A stretch of 64,000 bases of DNA from Octopus sinensis (taxonomy: Eukaryota). This document shows positions 52,230-64,000 of this stretch, piece after piece (positions within the stretch are counted from its first letter, which is position 1; each line of letters starts with the position of its first letter). The notes below the pieces were generated by a model, which did not search any database, was not told the DNA's origin, and was given only the letters and a program-made list of their open reading frames with translations. Location of the stretch: the NCBI RefSeq assembly GCF_006345805.1, contig NC_042998.1:202740001-202804000 (forward strand), given 5' to 3'. The position numbers and the translations under genes were made by a program.

Positions 52230-54530
52230 TTCACACATTTGAAAGCATTTGCAATGCATAATCTTCCTTCGTAAATCTTTTATTAAGTAATTTCTAATCT
52301 GTCCTTCCAAACACATTTCTTCGATCCATTGACTAAGTCTTCATAATTTCTGTTTTATCGGTATTTATCTTCAAACAACACCCTTTACCACATTTATCAA
52401 GTATCGTATATCATTCTTTGTATATACAATGCTGAATTAGTAAGTAAATCTTCAGAATATTCCGCATACTTTCCATAAACCCATTCTGTTCTTTCCCTTC
52501 CATCTCAAGATCCTTTCTTCCTAATGTAATCTATCATAACTGCAAACAAGAGAGGTGACAGAATGATTCCCTGCTGTACTCTACTTCAAAATTTGTCTGA
52601 GTGTTCAACGTCTACGCTTACTCGGTATTTATTTTCACCGTATAGTACACGTGCTAGATTGATATAGTTTTCTGTCGAATAGTAGCATAGCTCCTTCTAA
52701 ATTATAGGCCCATGTGCACTACTAAAGGTCTTCCCAAAGTCTGCAAAAGCCATTAGAAACATGTCTAAAAATTAACGCATAGCTTTATGATGTACCTCTG
52801 CAAATATGTCTGATTCTTACAACCACAGGACCGTCAGAACTCCACATGCCCATCTCTTGGTAGTCTGTCCAATGCAATCCTTATCCAATACAGAATAAAC
52901 GAACGCAACATTTTCAATACTACGGTGAACGGTTATAATCCTCCGATCACCACGCTCTTTGAGATCAACTTATTTTGGTATGTTAGTTGCCGCGCAGATC
53001 TTCTTGTCTTCAGGTATTTGTTCAATCTTCTGTATATCACGAAACAGTTTCGATAATGTTTTTCCATTCCCTTGCTTATCTGGTTTTAGCATTTCTCCTG
53101 TAATTCCATCTAATTCAGGATTCTTTCCGTTTTGCAATTGCTCAGTGGCTCTTGCTATTTCTTCAATGGATATTTCAAGTACAGCTATTTGCTCCTCCTT
53201 TTTTGGATCAGAAATGATCAGATAACCTATCCTATAAAACGCCTTGTTCATGATTGTATTAAAATATTCGTTCGAACTTCCTTGGATGTTTATATTAAAT
53301 GTTATTAGTCGCCCATCAGTATAAAACCGAGGTAGTCTTTTTGATCTCTTTATTTCTAATCCCATTTATTATTTCATAAATTTTTCGAATTCCTCTACTG
53401 TTTCCTGCATTGAGTAATTTATCTGCTTCATCAACTTTCGCTTTCAAGAATCTTCTTTTATCTTTGGAACACCTATTGACTTCTCTGTTGAGACACCAAT
53501 ATTTAGTTATTTGCCTCAATAAATTTCCATTTATCATCCAAAATGCATTTCCTGCTTTTTATCTTTCTGCCTATAACACCTTTACCTACAAACTGGTATA
53601 TTTCTTTTAGCTCCTCCCATGCACTATTGATGTCCACATCTTCATCTATAGACTTCAAAACACTGCAAATCGATTTCGACATCCAATTGCATATTCATCT
53701 CTAATTACATCATCCTTCAACTTTCTGCATCAAACAAGATACTCCATCCTTTTCTGTAGCTTCCAGCTTTAAATTACTTATCCTTGAATTGGGGTCCATT
53801 TCCGATATCTGAACTTCGATGTGTTTGTTCTAAAATCTAGCACTGATATTTTTTACGTTGCCCATTTAGTATGCTGTTACCTAATTTGATTTGGAAACTT
53901 TTTATTACAATATTTTTATCTGTAGATTACCATGCATATTTATGTATAATCATTTTGTTTGAAGAAAATACCTCCTATGATGAGAGTGTTGTTTACACAA
54001 ACACTGACAATTTTATACCATTTTCAAGGGCATCGCTATGATATCGTATGTTCTTCATCCTCGTTGCTACTGCCAGCTTCTGCAGTTATATGACCAATCT
54101 TGATCTACATATCTACTTCTAGTATACTTTAAATTCCCTCTTGCTATAATTGGTAGAAAGAATCTTTTGATCTATCGGTTGCATTATTTATAACTCTGTA
54201 ACAAACAATAAAATCGATGTTGCATCGCTCCACTTTAAGCTTCACCAACGAAATTTCTTAACGTTTCCATTCAAGTAAGCTTCCATCACCCTCATTTTCA
54301 TATTTTACCCATTGTATTAATTTTCACCCAACCTCCGGATACAGTTTCATTTATGGTCGACTTATCAATTTTGTAGCATTCCATTGTCTTCTATGTCCTC
54401 TTCTAATACGCATTATTTTGTTTATAGTTTTCATTTCTGTGTTATAAATCAGTCGAAGATTCGTTGGTTAGACACTTCGTTGATTGGTTACGCAGTTTCC
54501 ATCTACCAGCAGTTAATTCCCATTCAAAGC
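52230..54530 (-). mobile_element. Decayed RTE-clade LINE (EN-RT)
   Basis: QLQNGKNPELDGITGEMLK, GIILSPLLFAVMIDY and EN-region NNTLIIGG..HKYAW motifs. Confidence 0.8.
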
Positions 54531-54728
54531 AAACATACAAAACTATTGTGAGATATATTTATTGGGGAACTGTAATAAGGGCACAGGTAAAAATGGCACA
54601 AGTAAAAATGGCACGGTGAAAATGAAACAATAAGCTTACTGAAAGAGCTAATGGCAAAAGAAGCGGTTTTTACGTAGGTATGCATATGTTTATATGTATG
54701 TATATGTTTATATGTATATAGTCACCAC

Positions 54729-54796
<68 letters not shown>

Positions 54797-55289
54797 ATAC
54801 ATTACGCACACACAGAGGCTTATACAAATTTACAGTCATTGCTTATACGCACTCCCAAACAAATGTATATGCTTATTATAACTATATATAAATATACACA
54901 TGAAAATATACATACACAAACTTACATTCAGATATTTAGATGTATGTATGCATGTATAGTGTTATGTAATACTATATATATTTATATATACACTCACATA
55001 CACATACATACACACACACTGTTTCTTTCTCTTTTTCTCATTGTGAATATATATATAATCAAAAGAAGTAACAAGGATATACAGAGGTAATGCAGTATGA
55101 TCGTTTCATTCAACTCCATTGAATTGAACAATGCAATCATTATATCAATTTAAAATGTAGAGCAATCTTCAGCTGCACAAAGACATAGAATTTAATAAAA
55201 TTAGAACAGATGGACACATTAGTATAATTATACCAAAAATCTCCGAGAAGTTAAGGAGATAGACAAAGAACATGTACCTACAAGAACAT

Positions 55290-56340
55290 AGCCGTAACTA
55301 AAGTTTTCAAGGAGACACTGCCTGTCACTGGTTTTTAGTTTCTTACCACTAAGAAACTATAACTATTATGTAGGGAGTAATAATAATAACTTCTTAAACT
55401 TATAAAATAACCCTAAATTAAAAAAAAAGATTCGTGTAAAATAGAATTGTCCCATAACTTAAATATTCCTTTAGCCGATACCAAACATCAGTCTTATAGA
55501 TAAATAAGTAAATATAATTTTCAGTTTAATATATTTCGAATTCTTATACTTTTTTCTGAAAAATCTTCTCTATTGGTGTTGACGAGCTACATATTCTTTA
55601 CCATAGTATTAGTAATTTAACCATTTTATTCCTTTTCTATGGTGTTTTGCCGTTGATTATTTTATTTAGTTTATAATTAGCCTTTATTTATTTATAAATT
55701 TATTCTAAGTTTTGTATCTCTATAAATTCATACTTAGCTTAAATAAAACTATACTGATATATTCACTACTTATAAAAACAACTGCTTAGATTAAAATGTT
55801 ATTAATATATAATTAGCATGTTCTTTTGCCTCAATACTCCTTTATTAATACCAGTGAATATCATTTTAGTCAATATTCACAGATACCAGCTAATGAGATA
55901 GTATTTAAGTATACAATATGTAGAAATATCAAACTATTTCTATATTTTTTTCCTCTCTCTATTGTGGTAAAAGTTTGATATATACTCAAAGGTATTCATA
56001 AATTTATATCCTTTTGTTACAATTTTCTTCTTAATAATCTTTTAAATAACCCTAAACTTTAATTGTATACAATATAGCAACATTTTAAAAAGTATTTAAC
56101 TATGGTGCTACAGGATAAAACTTCCTCCTGTTTCATTATCAATAGTCTGCTAGTGGGCAACCCTTTAATTATCAGGTAACATCTTATTTTAAGTTTTCCC
56201 TTACTAAACCTCATGACATTTCTTCTAATATCTGGATATCCTTGTTGCTTGTTTTGATTTTAATCACCTTATTTTGAAATTTTATGGATAATGACGTACT
56301 AAATTCTGGTGTCTTACCTTAAGTACCATATTCATCTGAA
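55290..56340 (-). mobile_element. Possible Penelope-like RT remnant
   Basis: FDIST/LYT*I.H across a frameshift resembles FDFSTLYT.IPH; otherwise weak. Confidence 0.35.
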
Positions 56341-56349
56341 TCTATCTAT

Positions 56350-56770
56350 ATCTCTTTCTCTTTTTCTCTTTTATTTGTTTCAGTCATTTGACTGCGGCCA
56401 TGCTGGAGCACCGCCTTTAGTCGAGCAAATCGACCCCGGGACTTATTCTTTGTAAGCCCAGTACTTATTCTATCGATCTCTTTTGCCGAACCGCTAAGTG
56501 ACGGGGACATAAACACACCAGCATCGGTTGTCAAGCAATGCTAGGGGGACAAACACACACACACAAACACACACACATACACACACACATATATATATAT
56601 ATATATACATATATACGACAGGCTTCTTTCAGTTTCTGTCTACCAAATCCACTCACAAGGCATTGGTCGGCCCGGGGCTATAGCAGAAGACACTTGCCCA
56701 AGATGCCACGCAGTGGGACTGAACCCGGAACCATGTGGTTGATTAGCAAGCTTCTTACCACAGAGCCACT
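56350..56770 (-). mobile_element. SINE-B
   Basis: Family match. Confidence 0.92.
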
Positions 56771-56789
56771 CTTGTATATATTTTTTATA

Positions 56790-57660
56790 CATGTATATAT
56801 AATTTAGAGAAAAAACACTATTAAACAATTCAATAAAGAAAGATGTTACTCACACAATATAGAACGAAAAATCAAATGTAGACATAAATTACTTATATAA
56901 TAAGTTTAGATAATTTCTGTATATATATATATAAACCCTGTTTTATATTACTAATTGTTGTAGTAATGATTTGTAGTAGTACAATGTGTATAAATTAGCA
57001 CGAGATTATATAGTCTATATTACATAATTAGAATAACTTGAAAATTACATGTTTATAAAATAAACTAATTAATGAAAATATATAAAATTTTAGAATTTTA
57101 GCTTAATTTATGTTTATTATATTATGTTTTTCAAGTTTTTAGTATTTAAATTATTTAGACTTTACAATTTTCCAGTTAATATTATATTAAAGTTAATTTT
57201 TTCCTTATTCTTACAGCTAAAATACATTTGTAATTTAAATTTTAATAGCTTATATACATATTTCTATGTATTTCTTCTATAAATTCAATTTACGCCATAT
57301 TTTCACGCGATATATATTTTATATATCTTATAAACGCTAAGTTCGACGTTTTACGTTTAAATTGGTAGTTAACGAAAATCCTTCGACAAGATAAGTTTAT
57401 ATTTTTATTTTAAGAAATATTGTTAAATGCTTTTCGATTATTTATAGTTAATACACGTATTTTTTATATATTTATTTCACAATTACTATAAGTTAAGTAT
57501 ATTTATTCTATTATTATTATTTTTTATTATTTATTCTTAGACCTGATGAGTGACTATATTTTTAAATAGAATTAATTTTACTTCGATTTAATTTTGAATC
57601 GAATTGATTTTATTATTATTATCTATTTGAAAATATAGCCATGAAACGTGCGTAGTCTTT
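56790..57660 (+). mobile_element. Probable Penelope-like 3' end (EN C-terminus plus hammerhead-bearing UTR)
   Basis: LEKKHY..MLL..R and IKCRHKLL resemble the PLE C-terminal EK..I..LLN.R.E..KCRH motif; hammerhead downstream. Confidence 0.5.
57539..57658 (+). ncRNA. Type I hammerhead ribozyme motif
   Basis: AGAC-CTGATGA-[21-bp stem II]-GAAA-CGTGCG-TA|GTCT; all core nucleotides present. Confidence 0.8.
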
Positions 57661-58269
57661 TTACTACTGCTTATTATTTATTGTACTTTATTGATTTAAA
57701 GTAAGGTTTTTTTTATAGTATGTTTTCTATATGGTGTGAATAACATCTTTCTTTATTGAATTGTTTAATAGTGGTTTTTCTCTAAATTATATACATATAT
57801 TATGTATTGTGAAATTTGATTTAAAATTGTTACATTAAACTTTCTCTGTAAGTTTGGGAATTATATTCCCTACTATTATTAATATAATATTCTATATGTG
57901 TGTGTGTTTGTATGGATGGACGGATGGACGGATGGATGGATGATGGATGGATGGATGGATGGATGGATGGATGGATGGATTTATCTTTATGTTGAAAGTA
58001 AAGAACTGAACTGGTAAAATACGGACTACGAGCCAATAGTGTATATTTCAGTAAGCTTATTGTGCCATTTTTGCCCATTTTTACCTAAATTACTGTCGCT
58101 GTTAAATTCATCGGTGCCAGTCTGCTGTCAGTGATGTCTTTGCGTCTTATTTGGCTGACTAGAGGAGGCCATTACCAGGTATACATCGAACATACCAGGT
58201 TTACAGTGAGACAGGTTAACGAAGCCTAGATAATCTCTCTCATAACACTAAAATGACTTTGGAGCATAG

Positions 58270-58740
<471 letters not shown>

Positions 58741-58860
58741 ATATACACACAGACACGCACACAAACAGAAACAAACAGAAGACACTCACACAACACACAC
58801 ACACATACGCACGCATGCATACACATATACACACACATATGATGTTCGCTAGACTTTCAG

Positions 58861-58955
58861 GTCATCGAAGGATCTTTGTTGTCAACTATTATTTTTTCAT
58901 ACAATGGGAGGTTCTCTGTTTTGAAGTTTACGAGAAGGAATTTGAACAATTTTCA
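58861..58955 (+). CDS. Candidate internal exon F (phase 0-2 or 1-0)
   Basis: gactttcag|GTC..TTCA|GTAAGC; two frames are open, phase 0 gives VIEGSLLSTIIFSYNGRFSVLKFTRRNLNNF. Confidence 0.35.
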
Positions 58956-60375
58956 GTAAGCTCCAAAAAAATCTACATCTACTTCGCTTGTTTAGACTAG
59001 ACCTAGATAGATGGTTACAGTAAAATTCACATGTAAATGCACATCGACATTTTTTGTTCGATGATTGTACCTTGTTCTTTATTTACCAAGTAGTACTAAA
59101 ATGGAGAGCTAACCCACTCATGAAAAGTATTGGTAGACTTTTCTGTTGAACCTCAGTGAAATTTAGACATAAAAGATCATAAATTATGATTTGGTGCATA
59201 TAATAGAAGCACGTGGAAATAGCACTGTAAATCAGCAGCTTCGCAGATATTAGCAAGCTAAAGAGAAGTGTTGAAGTAATAAGTTATTAAGGATAAGTGA
59301 AAATAAACCATCTCTGAAGAACTAATGAAAAACCTGCTGGACTATAGCTTTAGAGTTATACTAGTGATTATTGGAGCATCTGTAATTAACTGCTTCCTTC
59401 CCAATCATTTAAAACTAAGCTTCACAAAATTAAAAAGTATGCAGCTAATAACGGATTTAAATTTACAAGCTATTACTACAAATGCGATTGCAAAATAATC
59501 CAAACACTTAGACGTAATAACTACATATAGACACTTATTAATACATAGATGGCTAAACACTACATATATAGAAACATAAGTACATGTATGAATACATAAA
59601 TACATATCTTTTTTCCATAAACAGTTATCGAACATGTAGCTACAACTATTTTATTTCAATGAAATTCTAAAATATGATGTTAACTACAATACGAAGTTAA
59701 ATTTTGAAGCCAGTCGTCTTGGATCACACATTCTACATAGTTTAAATTATGAAGAGCCTTAATAAATGACCGTCCAATTAAAGGGCCTCTGTTGTCCGTG
59801 GAATAACCAACAATTTTACATGGGTTTTGCATAACTAACATTATTCAAACTTCTTGCAATATTTCGCTTCGTTTTATCTAGAGAAATTGATGAGTTACTC
59901 GCATTTCCCAATAGACTTTCGCTTGTAGCCTTTATAATGATTTGTTTGACAACGACAATTGTATCGTGTGCAAGTAATGTTGAGAAGCTTTTAGAAAGAC
60001 AGCTTTTGTTTCTTCGAAACGATTAAGCGATGGCGTTATAATAGTTTGGGATGGTTATTAAGAGATCTGAGGTCCTTCACATAAACACGCATTTATGTTG
60101 TGTCACTGTTCCCATCATTATATTGCGCGTAAATCATTCTCAGTTAGTTTTCGTTTCAATTCCATATTTACGAGTTAAATGAAATACTTCAACTGTGACA
60201 TAAATACAACTATGATATGAATAAATTACATACGCAGTTCTGATCAGACGATGAAATCAATGATTGTTTTGACCGCTATAACTTGCCCTCACACCATGTG
60301 TGTTAGAGAAAGTCATACACATACAAGAGTACTCACTTTGCTGTGCATGTGTGTGCTTGTGTGTGCTTGTGTATT

Positions 60376-60422
<47 letters not shown>

Positions 60423-60503
60423 TCTAAATATTTGGATCTTACCTAAAAAGTATAAGGTGATTTGTGAAAAAGAAAAAACCTCCATCACAGGGGTTCAGTT
60501 AAG

Positions 60504-60724
60504 TTAAGTTAAGTTAACTTTGGGGCTCAAAAAGCAAAAAGCAAGGCCATGTAGGGGGACATGGAGTTATGTACAGGGAGGGTGTTCATGCAAAGAGTTC
60601 AGGCCATTTCTGGTCAAGAGAGACTTTGAACCGAGCGGTCGTCGGCATCTTCACTATCTCGTCCCGCAGCTTATTCCACGGATCCGCAACCCGGACTAAG
60701 AAAGCCCCTCTCCTTCAATTGAGA
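60504..60724 (-). mobile_element. 5'-truncated CR1 LINE 3' end
   Basis: RRGAFLVRVADPWNKLRDEIVKMPTTARFKVSLDQKW*, (CTTAA)n tail, 10-bp TSD ttcagttaag at 60494-60503 and 60725-60734. Confidence 0.85.
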
Positions 60725-61255
60725 TTCAGTTAAGAAGATTTGCATCTTCAGTTGTGTTTCATTCACTGAACGTCATCTTTGTTATTTCATTACATACCCA
60801 TGGTTGCTAATTAGATTCTAGCGAAGAAATTTTTTTTCTAAACTTAAAGTAATAGCATACTTATCTACTAGTAGAAATCCTTATTCACATTATTATCCTT
60901 ATATTGAAAATAGAGGTTGAAAAGTACGATATACATGTCAATGAATCAAATATAAGATAGCCGTCGACTATCAAAACAGATCAAACGTAGTTTAGGTTTA
61001 AATGTTTAAAACAGTTTTATTTCTAAAGGTGAAGTTTAGTAAACATAAAACATAGAATCGTTACAACTCATCTTAGACATTAAAGTAAAAATAGGTAAGT
61101 GAATATAGTTTGTATATCCTTTCCATTGGATAACTATACTTTTCGATATTTCTTTGCTGTATACTCTCCCTCTTCTTTTTCCTTCTTTCCTTTCCTCGCC
61201 TTCTTCATCCTTTAAAGTTTGCCGATATATGTACATCTAAATTTATATACTACAC

Positions 61256-61413
61256 AGTAGTGGCTGTGTGTTAAGTAGCTTGCTTACCAACCACAAGGTT
61301 CCAGGTTCAGTCCCACTGCGTGGCACCTTGGGCAAGTGTCTTCTACTATAGCCTCGGGCTGACTAAATCCTTGTGAGTGGATTTGGTAGACGGAAACTGA
61401 AAGAAGTCCGTCG

Positions 61414-61457
<44 letters not shown>

Positions 61458-61950
61458 ATCCAAACAAGAACGCACAAAAAACACAACTACGCGAGGACGT
61501 GGAACAAATATAGTATTATTGGACGCTCAGGAAAGAAGGAAAGAAGGAGGGTTTAACGTTTCGAGCGGAGCTCTTCGTCGGAAACATAGGAGAAGGAAAG
61601 ATCCAGAGAAGGGAAGACAGAGGAAAAAAAATCGCCAACGGTACACACGCGGTCACATTTTGATATATGTGTGTGTGTATGTATGTATGTATGTATGTAT
61701 GTATGTATGCATTTTTGTATGTATGTATGTATGTATGTATGCATGTGTGTGTCCGTGTTTGTCCCCCCAACATCGCTTGATAACCGATGCTAGTGTGTTT
61801 ACGTCCCCAAAACTTAGCGGTTCGGTGAAAGAGACCGATGGAATCAATACTAGCCTTACAAAGAATGACTCCTGAGATCGGTTCGACTAAACACGGTGCT
61901 TCAGCATAGCTGCAGTCAAATAACTGAAACAAATAAAATAGTAAAAGTGT
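61256..61950 (+). mobile_element. SINE-B with a 209-bp insertion (61454-61662) in its internal microsatellite
   Basis: Both SINE-B halves flank the insert. Confidence 0.88.
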
Positions 61951-62574
61951 ATTCGAATACCTAGAAAGAATAAAGCATTTGTTCACCATCTTGCAAACGC
62001 TCGAAAAACACTAGAAAGAGACGTGTTATATAATATGCCGTACAAAGTGCCTAGATTTCTCTAGTCTGACATGTAAGATGGAGTGATGTCGGTGTGTATT
62101 ATTTGACTTTCCAATCAACACAGGTCTAAGTGTTTGTTGTAGACGTGGCCGCCGATGTTGGAAGTTAAGTATACATGTCATCAATCAGTTTAGTATTTTT
62201 ATTCGAAATTATTTATTCTTGCATGTATACTTAGCTTAGCATTGAATATTGTATATGAATACGGAATCCATCATTAAAAATATTGCTTTGTGGCGAATTC
62301 TGTAGTGTACAATTGTGTTGTCCTCAAATGTTTTTTTCTCTTGCAAGCTTTCTAAATTTTTGTCTGCGTACAGCGGTGCAGTGAATTGCAGTTGCTCTTT
62401 GTTGTAAATGCATAGAAAGCTAACTGACTGAGGAGTGTAATACTTGTACAACAATTAATAGCTGGAGTGAAATTTAGATCCCTCACGGCAATCAAATTTA
62501 CAAACGCCATTGGTCGTTAGTAACTTCTTCGAGCGTTTACACATTTGTGGTTTGTTATCTCTCTGTTTCTCTCT

Positions 62575-62995
62575 CCCTCTCTCTTTTACTTGTTTCAGTC
62601 ATTTGACTGCGGCCATGCTGGAGCACCACCTTTTTAAATCGAGCAACTCGACCCCGGGACTTATTCATTTGTAAGCCCAGTACTTATTCTATCGGTCTCT
62701 TTTGCCGAACCGCTAAGTGACGGGGACGTAAACACACCAGCATCGGTTGTCAAGCAATGCTAGGGGGACAAACACAGACACACAAACACACACGCATATA
62801 TATATATATATAATATATATATATATATACGACGGGCTTCTTTCAGTTTCCGTCTACCAAATTCACTCACAAGGCTTTGGTCGGCCCGAGGCTATAGTAG
62901 AAGAAACTTGCCCAAGGTGCCACGCAGTGGAACTGAAACAGGAACCATGTGATCGGTAAACAAGCTACTTACCACACAGCCACTCCTGCGCCTAT
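62575..62995 (-). mobile_element. Full SINE-B
   Basis: Family match. Confidence 0.93.
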
Positions 62996-64000
62996 ATGAA
63001 TAACATATGTTTTAGTTTTAGTTGTTTTTGATAATTTATTAGTGTTTGCTTACGGTTGTAGGTCATGCATATATGTTTTCTTATAACGTACTCAAATATT
63101 TTATATTTGATTTATCCCTTGGTATATAAGTTTCTTTTTAATGCCTAATGATTATTAGTACTCGTTTTATTCTACCGGTTTCTGTATTTAATATTCCGTT
63201 TATCGAGGAAAATTTAACTGTCATTCAACTTACCAGTTTGTGTCTATGTGAACATTCGTTATTTCCATGTAATTATTTGCATTATTTGCGTTATGATGTA
63301 GTTTTGTCTTCTGCGTGAATGTTTATGGATATAATCCTAGAGTGTGTCTATTGCAATTAATATATTATCCACATACATTGTGCATGTTGTCTGTTTCATT
63401 CTTCGTACTACTTCATTCTATATTATGACTACGTAGAACGACACAAATATGGGTTCTAAAGGTGAGCCAGTGGCTACGTCGCTTTCTTGTTTTTTATAAC
63501 ATCATTTCAATTGTGTAGGGTGTTAATGTTGTTTTATAGTACGGGACACAATTTTTTCTTTGGTGTCTTACCAAACTATCGGAAAAGCTGATCTAACTGA
63601 GTTTTGCATCTATTGATTATGGCTTTTATCATCTCTAACAGCGGATCATTGTTAGGCAGACTTGTTTCGTCTAAGAAGGAGCTGTGGTTTGCATTGTTTA
63701 TACGTATTTGGATGAAATTTCTTTAAATCTTTAAATGCAATATAAATAACGAACTAATTGACCAAATCATTGCACAATACAGTAAGAAAAAATGCACGAA
63801 ACGCATGAGACATCACAGCAATTAAAAAGACACAAACCACATATAAAGCGTATTATATGAACCAAATGCATATTAAGAACAGAAAAGTCAAATACATTGT
63901 CACAATTTTTATAAAACAAAACACAATATGCATTGTACCAAGTGATAAATTAATAATATACTACGAAAATATTGAAATTAAAGCATTAATGATAAAAATC

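Noticed and set aside
55290-56340. Possible mitochondrial insertion (NUMT), suggested by AT richness
   Set aside because: No recognisable rRNA, tRNA or mitochondrial protein motif; stops persist under the invertebrate mitochondrial code in the frames I read.
59600-60300. Possible Tc1/Tc3 transposase remnant (KRLSDGVIIVWDG)
   Set aside because: A single weak motif and no TIRs identified.

Overview
AT-rich eukaryotic DNA dominated by microsatellites and transposon debris. It is most likely cephalopod (octopus-like); this is inferred from the SINE types and SSR load and was not database-checked. There are no prokaryotic features, rRNA, genuine tRNA genes or CRISPR arrays, and most ORF-track entries are microsatellite artefacts. 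Supported content: three tRNA-headed SINE families (called A, B and C here), mariner/Tc1 remnants, a MITE, two Helitrons, fragments of RTE, CR1/L2, R4/Dong-like and Penelope-like retroelements, and five phase-compatible candidate exons of an unidentified + strand gene (36.5-59.0 kb). The main result is the 13.46-19.31 kb nest. Two diverged, apparently full-length gag/ORF1-only retroelements with no pol carry the 3' tail of SINE-A. Each sits in the tRNA-derived head of a SINE-A copy with an exact 12-bp or 16-bp target-site duplication, and SINE-A itself forms head-to-tail arrays joined at one of these same sites. This suggests a self-targeting SINE plus gag-only element system. Also notable: several hammerhead-ribozyme motifs (two inside fold-back elements, some with an atypical CCGA core), a SINE-B/LINE shared 3' hairpin with compensatory base changes, and a perfect 130-bp palindrome. 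Clade names come from remembered motifs and need HMM or Repbase confirmation.
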